DNA of 64,000 bases. Origin: Nitrospirales bacterium (lineage in GTDB: Bacteria > Nitrospirota > Nitrospiria > Nitrospirales > UBA8639). Of this stretch, positions 25,343-36,578 are shown in pieces. A model generated the notes under the pieces. The model saw only the letters and a program-made list of their open reading frames with translations. It made no database searches and was not told the DNA's origin. The DNA is taken from the NCBI GenBank assembly GCA_965203295.1, contig CBDBCZ010000018.1, forward strand, positions 2,368,001 to 2,432,000. Reading direction: 5' to 3'. How positions within the stretch are numbered: position 1 is the stretch's first letter; the number at the start of each line of letters is the position of its first letter. The position numbers and the translations under genes are program-made.

Positions 25343-26117
25343 CACCGCCGCTCACGCTCACTCTAAATTCGTATGGGCAGAGAACGCAAGCACTATATAG
25401 GCTTAATTTTTTTCAACTGCCTGAAATACATTAATGTCTTGCAAGGCATTGGACCAGCAGAGATCTAGCTTCTCCTGCATGGACTCCTCTTTCTCTCCTC
25501 TCTCCACTGTTAACAAATTTACATATACCTTTGTGCTAATAGTCATAGTAATTTAATTGGTAAACATTTATACAAATCTAGATTGCAACTTTAACTCTAT
25601 CATCATTGTAGCTACTTTCACTCTTCCGGTTTTCTATGTTATTTGATTTATTGATTTGTGACTCCTAGTTTTAGGCCGGGCATTCTTGTGTATGCGTGTC
25701 ACGAAAATAAAATATTCTATTCTATAGTCATCAAACAGTACCTCCATAGGCTCAAGCAGATTGCAGTTTTATTAAACTATAGTATGCTATAGTCTTACAG
25801 TGCGTACTTCTAATTGTGCTCAACAAACTGTCGAACCAGCATTAAGTATATACAAGCGCGCGACAGCATACGGCATGCGCAGTTGCGCACATACAATAGT
25901 GTCTGCATCAAGGGTAGAATGCACAGCTGGGGATTGAACCCATGAACCTTTTCAAAAACACAATGAGCTACTAGATTGGCCATGGTTATAACACTCAGTG
26001 AAATTAGTTTTATTGGCTTTGGCTTCACCTGAGCTGCCACAGTACAATATAGGCCTGCTAGAATAGCATGCAAGTATGATCACTTTTAGCTCTCTGCTCT
26101 AATGTTTTGTCTGTCCA

Positions 26118-26325
26118 GGAGTGGGCTAATATTCAGAGATGTGCTAATACTCAGGGGTGGGCTTACGTATATTCAGCAGTGGGCTTATACTCAGGAGTGG
26201 GCTTATACTCAGGAGTGGGCTTATACTCAGGAGTGGGCTTATACTCAGGGATGTGCTAATACTCAGGGGTGGGGTTATAATCAAGAGTGGGCTTATACTC
26301 AGTGTGGGCTTATACTCAAGGGTGG
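26118..26325. repeat. 18-bp tandem repeat (ggagtgggcttatactca)
   Basis: About 11 units; produces the WAYTQE and SGLILR periodic ORFs. Confidence 0.92.
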
Positions 26326-26463
26326 ATTTAATTATATGCTCTGGGTGGGTTAAAACAGGGAGAACAATACCCTATGGTGTTCTTAAAACATTGATATGGT
26401 ACCAATTGCCATCAGAGGAACTTAGGCATGTACGTATGTGTAGCTAGAACTATACCTAATCAC

Positions 26464-26906
26464 CTGGGAAGTACTGCAGTGCAGCGTGGCCTGTTATCTA
26501 GTCAGCTTCAGGACAGGATCATGTATCTTGCTTCTGTTGTGTAAAGACAGACAGCCATCACCTGTATACGACAAGGCGGTTGTAGAGATGACATCAAAGT
26601 ACATCCAGTGCATTCTAGTTGAAAACCTAACAATTAGTGAACAAAAAGTGACATTCAGAGAAGAAAAAAAAAAATGTTACTTACGTACGTACGTACGTAC
26701 ACCACTTCGCACAGCTTGAACCCAGCATGCATACATTCTGAACATGGACCAGTGCATGCAGTATCTTGTCCTACGGGGGGAAATGTTGTACAACAATGTA
26801 ATGAGAGAATTCATTACGTTATCGTTTTTCAGAGTGAAGGTCTCTTACAGCTCTCTCCCTGGCAGATGGACATCTTCGATACGACACTGGGCCAAAGACT
26901 TGTGAC
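26464..26906 (-). pseudogene. Two decayed exons encoding a death-domain-like region
   Basis: Across stops and frameshifts: LPGREL*ETFTLKNDNVMNSLITLLYNISPRRTRYCMHWSMF.ECMHAGFKLCEV | ..NALDVL.MSSLQPPCRIQ..DGCLSLHNRSKIHDPVLKL; ~73-nt GT-AG intron at ~26627-26699. Confidence 0.45.
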
Positions 26907-27403
26907 CTAGTTGACACACTGAGATATACTGCACACTAAGTCTTATTGATTAAGTATAATCTGCAGAGGAATGATGCTCACTGTTCTCTGGAACAATCTT
27001 CACTACGTACTTCAATTCAACTATGCAACGTATGTATTGATTCAAACTGGACCTATTGGCACACAAAACTGGAACACTATTACGAGCAGAATGCAGTTCT
27101 ACTGCAGATGGATTACCGGGGGGGTGTAAGAGTTATAAATTTAGTGTTTCATTTCCTTATACTGGAAGATACTAAATTCCAAATTTAGTTTTACTGGATA
27201 GCAGGCATTTTTTTGAGTTTAATGTTTCATTTTGTATACTAGAAGGTCAAATTTGGACTGAAAATTGATTTTGAAATTGTGAAGATTGTCCTGGGGGACC
27301 ACAAAAACCATTCTGTCAAAACAAGTCTGACATTTCATGTCTAAAAAACCAGCCAGACGCCTTTCCCGTACAATACACACAACTTAGCTTAGACCAAGCT
27401 ATT

Positions 27404-27774
27404 AAACTACAGCTGTAGAGCCAGAGATACTATATTCCTAGAACGGTACAGCGAAAGTGCTGACTCAGCAGTTTTGTTATACGCCTCCAGATAGTAGCTA
27501 TACGCCACCAAAACAGGATCTTTACGGCTACCTACCACGTTTTCGCCATCTAGGCAACACAAAGCTATCTTCATTTGCTGTAGCTTGGCCCGCAAACTTC
27601 CAAAAGCTGCTATACACTGCAGTTGCATAGTAACGTATGACGTAATATTTTGCGCACGTGATAAGTGCGGACGCACAAACAGACAGACAAACAAACAAAC
27701 AAACAGACGCGGAAAACGTAAATCAATCTTAGTACCAGCCGTTCGCGCGCTGCGCGCGCTCCGGCTGGTAAAAA
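27404..27774 (-). mobile_element. Non-autonomous Helentron/DINE-1-like element
   Basis: Terminal hairpin taccagccg...cggctggta next to a T-run, (GTTT/GTCT)n microsatellite, and a short ctacagctgtag hairpin at the other end. Confidence 0.65.
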
Positions 27775-28694
27775 TCTGGTTTTGGATTAATCATATGAAC
27801 TATACAGGTTGCAGGTTTTCATATGCTGAACTAGCAAACGTCCTTCAATTGCAAGGGGGTCTGTGGGCATGCCTCCCCCTCATAATTCTCTATTTAACAC
27901 TTCCCTGAGATTGAAAAATAAGTAACCACCTACGTAGCATCAAAAAATGTTTCGTAACTACAGTAACTTTAAAAGCAATGTCATACCTTGACAGAGGGGG
28001 TGCGGAGGCATGTCTCCTGTGGGTAAAGGTCTGTACTTGGGGCAGCAGGCCAGTGTGATCTTTGTACTGTTCACTGTGTTGCTGTGCCAGCTGTGTACAA
28101 TTCAAATGTTATTGAAAGTTCATTGTCAATACTAAATTGCTGAGCACTACAGGCTCAGAATGTCAAGTAGCATGCATAGTTACATTCGAAAAATGAAAAA
28201 ACGTACGGGGATGAATCCCCCCAAAAGTAGCGTACAAGGCAGGAACACACCACACTACTTTTCAGATTGCCATCTCTAGATACATCTGACATGTCCAACC
28301 ACGCCTCAGTGATGATTTCAGCAAAAGCCAAGAACAATTAACCCAAGGACAGTTAATACAGAGGCTTGCAATGAACAGGTAGTTGCTATTTACACAAAGG
28401 GGTCTACACTAGGGATTAATAATGCATGTATAATATATGTATGTTATGACACTGAGCTGCATACATGCATGCATTCTCATTGCTAATGGCCTTCCCATAT
28501 CAATTAAGTGCAGTTCAGGCTGGTTGGTGAATTTTAAGGCACCATAATCAGATTTTTTTTCATACATAACCTGAGCACTGCAGCTACAAAAAAAGTGTAT
28601 ATCTTACAACGTATGCACTCTTACCAGTTAGTAAGTCCCCTGTACCCTAGCTATTTTAGATAAAAATGTGTTGCTTTGCAGAATAACTACTCAT

Positions 28695-29200
28695 GTTGCT
28701 GCCGTAGCGCTTATGCCATCGACCACGCACCCACATACGCAGGCGAAGCTTGAAAGATCTCCAGTCAGAGGACAAGAGCAAGAGCAACCAGATGTCTCAC
28801 CATTACCATCCTGATCGCCATATAATTTTCCTCCAGGTCTTCCTCTGCCTACCCCTACACGGCTTCACTTCCCATTCACTGTCTAGTAGTAATCTAGGAT
28901 ATCTCTCAGCATTCAAATTATTGACTTTATACCACCACTTAATTTTGCATCTATCCCTCCTGCCTTTCAAAGATTCTAACCCCATATCCCCCTACTGCTT
29001 CATTGCACGTTTTAGAAGAGCAGCCAAATATTTTTTTAGCTGCTCCTAGCTGAGTAAATTCCAAGGAAGCTGTCTGCCTTTTATTACAAGCCCACACTAT
29101 TCTAAGTAGGACTAAGTACCGAAACTAGCAATAATTATCCTTCTTGCAACTGTACTGATATTCCTATGACTTAAAAACCTACGTAATTGATTCAATTTTC
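28695..29200 (-). mobile_element. LINE 3' fragment, same family as 2274-3800
   Basis: MGLESLKGRRDRCKIKWWYKV...YPRLLLDSEWEVKPCRGRQRKTW, then the CVVDGISATAAT* end. Confidence 0.85.
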
Positions 29201-30908
29201 TCTCCTATATTCATTGTATCTACCTGCACACTACCTGAGACCAGCAACAAGTTGTTAATGACAGAATTCTGCTTCATACAAGGCTATACGTACATACCTT
29301 ACTGAATGTCAGCACGTGTTCTTCTTGCTGCAGTATGGTTGAGAGAGTATGGCATACTCTGCACCCAGTGGTCACGCTTGGTGACTGTAGTAGGCCTATA
29401 GAATTGATTATTGTCATATTTTCAATGTCAGCTATTCAGTTCTGCCTTCTAAAATTAGGGTATATAACCAAGGAGAGTAGCCAACATCAAGTGTGCATGC
29501 TGCTGGCTGCTGTAGCTAAGTGCTGGTGGCTACTGAAATCTATTACCTACAGCTAATAGTTTGAGATGACATAATCACTGTAGCTTTAAGCACTAGACTC
29601 TGGGAGAATAGCTGTTTGTGCAGATTTCAGACAAGTGCAAGAAAGAGTGGGGAAGTGTTCAGAGGAATATACGAGCGGGCTGCACACACTCTCAATAACT
29701 GAAAGAGTGACAATTAGTGCTTTTGCTATAGCCTGCCAGACACCATTACAGCACATATGTTGCAGGGTTTCATACACAGAGTAAAAGTTCCCGCAAAATG
29801 GTGAAGGCGAGTCTAATTTTTTTTTCACCTCGGGAGCATTATTTCTTACTTCAAGTAGAACAGCAGATCTTGGCAATAAAGTTGCAAACATTCTCCCAAA
29901 CATTAATTGTTGCCTGAGCCTTTGGTTATTGGTTGTCCTAAAAAAAAGGCAGTATTATTTATACCTCACACCATGAAACTTGGATAAATGTGTTGGAAAC
30001 AAGAATACTCGTCAAGGGGTAGTTCCCAAGCATCTACCCTCAAGATATTGGTGTCAGCTTTAGCTATAAATTATCGGAGAGATATTTCTCAGACCGAGTT
30101 GATGTACCCCAGAATATACTTCAGACACTGAAGTAGTATGTAAGAATATTAGCTAAAGAAACACTTTACCTTGAAATAGAGAAGTATAGTTCAACAAAAG
30201 TCATGCCACTCTCGCTAGCTGTCCTCTTTAGTGGTTTCCTGCTAGAGTTTAGGCTCTCCTGATGACTGCAGAGCACCAATGAAAACATTATTGATGAATT
30301 TCCCATACAATGAACGGTAGATGTATTATAAATGCAAATGAAGATATTGATCATGAGAGCCTACGTTACTCTGCAAACATGTACACCATATTTTGTTACC
30401 TTACAACATTGCAATTTCTGCATGGAATGCCATGACGGTAGACACTATCAACCAGTTGAGTGCACAGCATGCCCACACAGGCTCTCTGATCTTGGCCACT
30501 AGCTATATGCACGTGCTTGCTAATCAAAAAACTATACATGAAGATAAGAGTTTTGAATGCTACCTACAGGTTCGTAGTTACTGTAGAAGGCAGACATTAG
30601 ACTGAACTTATTACTATAGCAGAAGTCTGATTAATTAGTCCTGAGGTGGCAGCTGTTCATGCACTCATGTACAAAGGAAGATCTCCAGTGGTTACTTTGC
30701 TGTCACAGACTTGGTAGCTATTGTTATTTATCGTAATTCAAGTACACATCATAGCAACATTGCAGGGAATGCAGTTTTGTTGGTGATTCAATTTCAAACC
30801 AGAAGGCTTGTTATAGCCTTCTGGTTGATTAAGGAATTAATCATCCAAACACTCCTCTACGTGTGGACATTTGGGTGAGAGATTTGCCTATCTACGGTTT
30901 AGAGATGC

Positions 30909-32050
30909 TCACACAATCTGGTGGTAATGTTTGGTAGCAGTTCCAAATGTTGCACCATATGTATCCTTAATAGGACAGTATCCACCATACCTACAGAAGA
31001 AAAAAAGGAAATTTGCCTTATTCCAAGGCTCTCCCCGGCCAATAAATTCAAAACTAATGGCAGAAGCATTTTCTTGTGAACTGGAAACTACCCCCTCAGT
31101 CTGTGAATTGGTACTAACTGATAAACTGTATTGTACATTTAATAAATCTGTGTGTGGCACTAATCCCAAATAAACCCAAATCTCTAAAATACAGGCATAT
31201 GGTTCAAGATTCAGGGTACAATAAATCTTATAGGAGTCAATGTACTGATTTTGGAAACTGGCTTATGAGCATACTGGTAACCCACATCATGTTGCTGATG
31301 AGGTTTAGTTTCTGAATTGAATTAGTGCGTTTACACATCCATGTATATCGAGTTCTTTTTAAACGGGATCCTGAAATGCCTAAACAGAGCTCATGAATTC
31401 ATAAAAGGCAATGCACAGTACAGTTGATAGATCGAACAAATGACAAAATATTAAGCAATGCAGGGAAAGATAAATCCTGGCACTGTGTGGGTTCCATCTC
31501 AGGATTATATCTAGCACACTATCCATTAGAGCGCTCTTCAACTTGATGTTCGAGTCTAAATATTAAAGCTTATATATACTTGATAATGGAACTGTGGAAC
31601 GTTGGCTGATGTAGCTACAGACGCTAGTGTGGCCCAAAAAGCAGCATTCAGCTACTTAGTAGAGCAGCTAAGGTTAGTGTATCTGTCCCCATCCTGCATG
31701 AAATTATGCTGGAAATCAGACAGAAACCTTACCAATAGTTTGAAGTGTGAAGTCATGCAGCCAGCCCAGGTTTGGATCAGACCATCCCCACCACCCAGAC
31801 TAAGGATTGGACTAGTCTCGCTCCCAGCTCACAATCAAGGCGAAGGATACTAAGGCGGTGTTAGCCTTAGTTTTGCGCTGGTAACGAGAAAACGACCTGA
31901 CCCAGAAATATAGTAGTCAGATACTCTCACCCATAATTTAAGCTACTTTTGCCTCAGGCAGATGAGCGGCAGTATCTGTTCCACTTACCCTGGGATATGA
32001 CTGTCAGAGCAACCTACTGAAGACCCTGTAACGTTTGGCAACACGTTCAT
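30909..32050 (-). pseudogene. CIMIP2/FAM166-family ciliary microtubule inner protein: first two exons, premature stop
   Basis: Exon 32050-31989 |gtaagt and exon from 30990 (ttctgtag|) splice to MNVLPNVTGSSVGCSDSHIPGYGGYCPIKDTYGATFGTATKHYHQIV*. IPGYxGYCP...YGxTFG is the FAM166 motif; the TGA is probably derived from CGA. Confidence 0.72.
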
Positions 32051-32080
32051 CCAACCGTTCCTCGTCGCGTACGCTCGCTC

Positions 32081-32155
32081 TAGTCTCGCGGGCAAGACTA
32101 ACTTTTCGGGAGTTTTTCCCACGGAGGCGAAAAGTTAGTCTGGCCCGCGAGACTA
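32081..32155. mobile_element. TAG...CTA palindromic MITE with perfect 9-bp TSD
   Basis: cgctcgctc|tagtctcgcgggcaagactaacttttcg ... cgaaaagttagtctggcccgcgagacta|cgctcgctc. Confidence 0.92.
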
Positions 32156-32164
32156 CGCTCGCTC

Positions 32165-32240
32165 CTAGCGAGCCCCGCCCCCATTCCTAAATTGCTCTCG
32201 TGATTGGTACATGTGAGTCTTGCCCAGCCACGTCGCCTTA
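32165..32240. promoter_or_regulatory. Candidate bidirectional promoter (GC box, CCAAT box, CpG-rich)
   Basis: gccccgcccc at ~32172 and gattgg at ~32202, lying between divergent coding starts. Confidence 0.45.
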
Positions 32241-32268
32241 TATCTAGCTATAATAGCTAGCTCAAGTT

Positions 32269-32525
32269 ATGTCCTTCATCTTGGATACCTAGCTCCAGGC
32301 AGCCAGGAAAAGCCATCTTATAAGGCAAAAATTCGGGAAGACTTCCTCGGTGCCTTATTCCGTGTGTTGGACGAGCTAAGCGGGCTTTCCGAGACTCTAC
32401 AGATTTCCCATGAGATCGCGCACGATGTTTTGAAGTGCTCTGCATGCGACGAGACGGTCCTGACGATACTGGGGGTGAAGTGTCTAGACGAGGCTATGTA
32501 CCAACAGGCACAGCACTTTCTCCAG
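32269..32525 (+). pseudogene. Probable first coding exon of an unidentified helical protein (disrupted 5' end)
   Basis: KAKIREDFLGALFRVLDELSGLSETLQISHEIAHDVLKCSACDETVLTILGVKCLDEAMYQQAQHFLQ|gtacg; CpG-rich. The nearest ATG (32269) is out of frame and hits a stop. Confidence 0.4.
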
Positions 32526-32576
32526 GTACGCGGTGGAAAAGAAATTTACCCGTGCTCTAATCACATGCTATTTTAC

Positions 32577-33124
32577 TAGTCTCTCGGGCTAGAGTATTTT
32601 AACGAGGGAGGAGTGTAGTCTGGTGACTATTGCCGCAGTTCCGTTCCTTTATGCAAATTATGTAACTAGGTCTACTGTAGGACGTCACATAAGGGAGTGT
32701 ATAGTACTTTATAGCGAAAAGCACGCTATGTCGTTAGTCTTGCAAGCCAGTTGATCTCGCGAAAGTTGATCTTGTGTATAACAGAGTTTCTTACCTTTTA
32801 AACTTAACATGAAACACTAGCAAGTAGCATAGAGACTTACCGCTACACGGAAGGCTCACAACACGTCTCTCCCTTGTACAAATCACTTGACCACTGTAAT
32901 TCCAGCTTTGGACGTAGCTGCATGAGTGTATTCGAAAAGCTTTATAGCTTTAGATTGCAGCACAAACTCGGCTCTTAGAATAGCAGCAGACATCTTGGTC
33001 ATGTGACTACTCACCAACATTAATTTTCTTCCAACATTTTGGCGGATGCAACGAAATGTTGGCAATAGTCACCAGACGATACTCCCCCCTCCCCCCCCCC
33101 AGAAAAATAATTGTCTGGCCTACG
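32577..33124. mobile_element. ~550-bp TIR element of the TAGTCT... family
   Basis: gtctggtgactattgcc (~32618) versus ggcaatagtcaccagac (33061-33077), with degenerate outer TIRs. Confidence 0.7.
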
Positions 33125-34027
33125 TTTACCCATAGATAATATAGACTCCGGGATGTTATGGAGTCTATATTAACTATAGATTACCCCTATAGACAGGAGT
33201 GCGAGGTAAATGGTTGTTGAACTTGTTTTATTGAGGGTAGCTAGCTCCATAATGTTGCTACTATACCACATGGACCTAGCAAATACCCGAATTTAATTAC
33301 TCTCTATTTAACACCCTTTGTGACGTTAGGGTTGGGGTTGCAGTTAGGCAACATTCAGTAGGAGTTAATTTCCATATTTCTGGTACAATACAGCATAATC
33401 CACTCTGGAGTAGCAGTTACACACGTTTTAGCAGTAGTGATGCACTTAATTTTCCCTTCATAGAAAATGTGGCACTCAAACTTCTGATATTCTGGTATTA
33501 TTTGAAGGTTTACCTCTCATAGTAGGTCCCATGTTTGTAAAGGTCTAGTTTGAATCCTAGCTGCTTTTCTTTTACAAACGTAGGGGCCAGTGATCATTCT
33601 TGCATACAGTGCCATCACATCTACCTGTATCCCGTACTGTCTTACTACTATCGCCCCCTGAAGGTGTTTTGTGCTAGTGATGAAAATATTCAATCTATAC
33701 AGCTTGAGGAAGTTGAAAGGGCAATAGGGGTTTGATAGGAGGAAAGTCTGAACAAAGAGCAAACTTTTAAATTACAAAAAACACCCATATCGACCTCCCT
33801 ATAAAGAACATCCACGCACATACTACCTCACAACACTCACAAAACTTCACAACACTCAACCACACATCTCCGAATACTCCCAGACCCTTTTTTATACAAA
33901 CACCGCCTTAACCATTCACTTGTCCAACATTTACACAATCAACTCTTTCACATACCTTCCACAACCACCAACACACTCACACATTAGCTACACATATACA
34001 CACACATTACAAATTACACTACCACTG

Positions 34028-34210
34028 GTTGGAAAGATGTAGGGATGGTAGGTACGCGGTAAATGCATCACACTGTGATGTGTGGGTAGTCTGTGCATGC
34101 CTCCTGAATGCATTGTTGCTTGTTCCATTGGTTTTTGGGGAAGTGTTTTTTTTGGTGGAAGTGCATCCGTACATGACTGGTTTTGCACTTTTTTGAAAGT
34201 GCTTTTTTCA
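34028..34210 (-). repeat. Dispersed ~185-bp repeat; also at ~43438-43620 (same orientation) and ~42430-42598 (inverted)
   Basis: ttggaaagatgtagggatggtaggtacgc.gtaaatgcat... shared by all three copies. Confidence 0.92.
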
Positions 34211-34269
34211 TTATTGCCTTGTTATGTGTACTCTAAGTTTTCTAGTGCTGAATGTGGCGGTTTACCTCA

Positions 34270-35492
34270 GAAAACAGCAGTTGAAAAGCACAGCCTCAAT
34301 ACTAAAACTTAAGGATAACTAATGGAGAAACACCAATAAATTTGAGAAAGGCAGCCTAAATACTAAAACTGAAGACTAACAGACAAAAACTAATACATTT
34401 GATAAACACGGCATAAATACTAAAATTCAAGACTAACTAATGCACAGACACTAATTCAGTCAAAAAACAGGGCCTCAATACTAAAATGCAAGACTAACTA
34501 AATGGCAGACAGTAATAAAGTCGAGAAAGGCGGCCTGAATATTAAAACTCAAGACAAACTGACAAACAGACTCTCATACAGTCAATAAACATGGCTTAAA
34601 TACAAAAACTCAAGGCTAACTAACAGGCAGAGACTTACGCATGCCAGCGACACGGCTTAAATACTGAAACTGCTAACTAACTAACCCATAGACACTAATA
34701 CTGTTGAGGAACACAGCCTAAATAGTAAACTTCAAGACTACCTAACAGACACACTATTACAATCAAAAAAGGCGGCCTAAATATTGAAACTCAAGACTAG
34801 CTAACAGATAGACGGACAGACATAATACAGTCGAGAAACATAGCCTAAATACTAAAACTCAAAACTAACTAACAGACAACCTCTAATACAGTTGAGAAAC
34901 ATGGCCTAAATAGTGGAACTCGAGACGAAATAATAGACAAACGCATGCCAGAAACATGGCCTAAAAACTAAAACGCAAAACTAACTAGTAGACAGGCACT
35001 AATACAGTCGATATACACGAAGTTATTACTAAAACTCATAACTAAAGAACAGACAGACTTTAATACAGTCGAGAAACACGGCTTAAAAACTAGAACTGAA
35101 GACTAACAGGCAGACAGACACTAATACAGTCGAGAAACAATTGCTAAGTACTAAAACTCAAGACTAACTAACAGACAGGCACTAATACAGCCAAAAAACA
35201 TGGCTTAGATACAAGACTAGTTAACAGACAGAGAATATGCATGCCAGAAACTAGGCCTAAAAACTACAACTGCAAACTAAGAAGCAGACGCTAATACGAT
35301 CGGGAAACACAGCCTAAGACTAAAACTTAGAACTAACTAACAGACATGCACTACTACATTCAAGAAACACGGCTTAGGTGCTAATACTCAAAACTAACGA
35401 ACAGACAGACTAATACAATCGACAAACACGGCCTAACTCAAGACTACACGGTACTAAAACTCAAGACTACCTCACAGACTGACAGACGCTAA
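34270..35492. repeat. Diverged ~61-bp tandem array (~20 units)
   Basis: aatactaaaact-like anchors at ~34298, 34359, 34416, 34477, 34538, 34599, 34660, 34721...; approximate consensus ctaatacagtcgagaaacacggcctaaatactaaaactcaagactaactaacagacagaca. Confidence 0.93.
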
Positions 35493-36578
35493 TAGAGTAA
35501 GCCACTGTTGGTCTGCCACCAGGTATATTCGGACGTGGTAGCGCCGAGTGTGTAAATTACTGGAAGTGGGCAGGATAGTACAAACCCTTCGCACTTTAAG
35601 TTGAAGTTTGGTGTTCCTCCATTGCTTGGTTCTGGAGCTACATGTATAGCCTTCCAAATTTAAATTCGGGCAAAGCTATGATTGGGCAAATCTATATATT
35701 GTCGGTCTCTATTCCGTGTTTCCTCCCTGAAGCAATTTTCAGTGTTCTTTCTTTATTATTGGGAAGCCCCAGTACCATGCTGCCGCACGCCAACCTTTCG
35801 CCATAGTAGCTGCTTTGAGCACAGGGGGTGCTGCTGAATGTATGGCTGTGTCACAATCTCTATAATCGGACAGTGGATTTCGAGTTTTTTCTGTGTATAG
35901 ACCCCATAACACTCTGTAGCGCTAGCATTTGGATATTGTTGTAAAGTACAGGTACTTAGCAGCACAACTGTGCAAGCCCGATGTTTACACGTACGTGCTA
36001 TGGTTCTCAAGATAGAGCTGTTCGCCTTAATGCTGAAGCTTTTAGTGTACGAAATCAGGTAAAGCAGCTCTATCTCGGGAAGGACACGACATCTAAACAT
36101 CAGACTTGCACCGTTGTGTTGCTAAGTGTCTACATTCCCAATGATATCCCAATCTTAGCATTGGAGAGTGTCTTGGGCTCCTTACACGGCAAAAAAAATA
36201 ATCCACTGTCCGATTATGGAGAGGGTGACATGGCTCTACATTCAACAGCACTCCTCTGTGCTCAAAGCAGCAACGATGGCGAAAGGTTGGTGTGTGGCAG
36301 CTTGGTAGTGGGGCTTCCCAATAATGAAGAGAGATCACCGAAAGTTGCTTCAGGGAGAAAATGCAAAATGGAGGCCAGCAATACATACATTTGCCCAATC
36401 ATAGCGGTGTCCCGAATTTAAAGTTTGCTATAGCTCCAGAACCAAGCCATAGAAAAACACCAAACTTTCAACTCGAAGTGTGAAAGGGTCTTTACTATCG
36501 ATTGAAGGCCCCGCCCACTACGGGTAATTTGCACGCTCGGTGCACCAGGGGGTGGCTGGTCATCAGTAGCTTACTCTA
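35493..36578. repeat. ~1.1-kb imperfect palindrome (arms ~530 bp, loop ~28 bp)
   Basis: Colinear inverted matches throughout, e.g. ttattgggaagcccc/ggggcttcccaataa, gctgctttgagcacag/ctgtgctcaaagcagc, ataatcggacagtggatt/aatccactgtccgattat, gatagagctg/cagctctatc. Confidence 0.93.

Noticed and set aside
34270..35492. CRISPR-like array
   Set aside because: Whole 61-bp units are homologous with no unique spacers; no cas genes; eukaryotic context.
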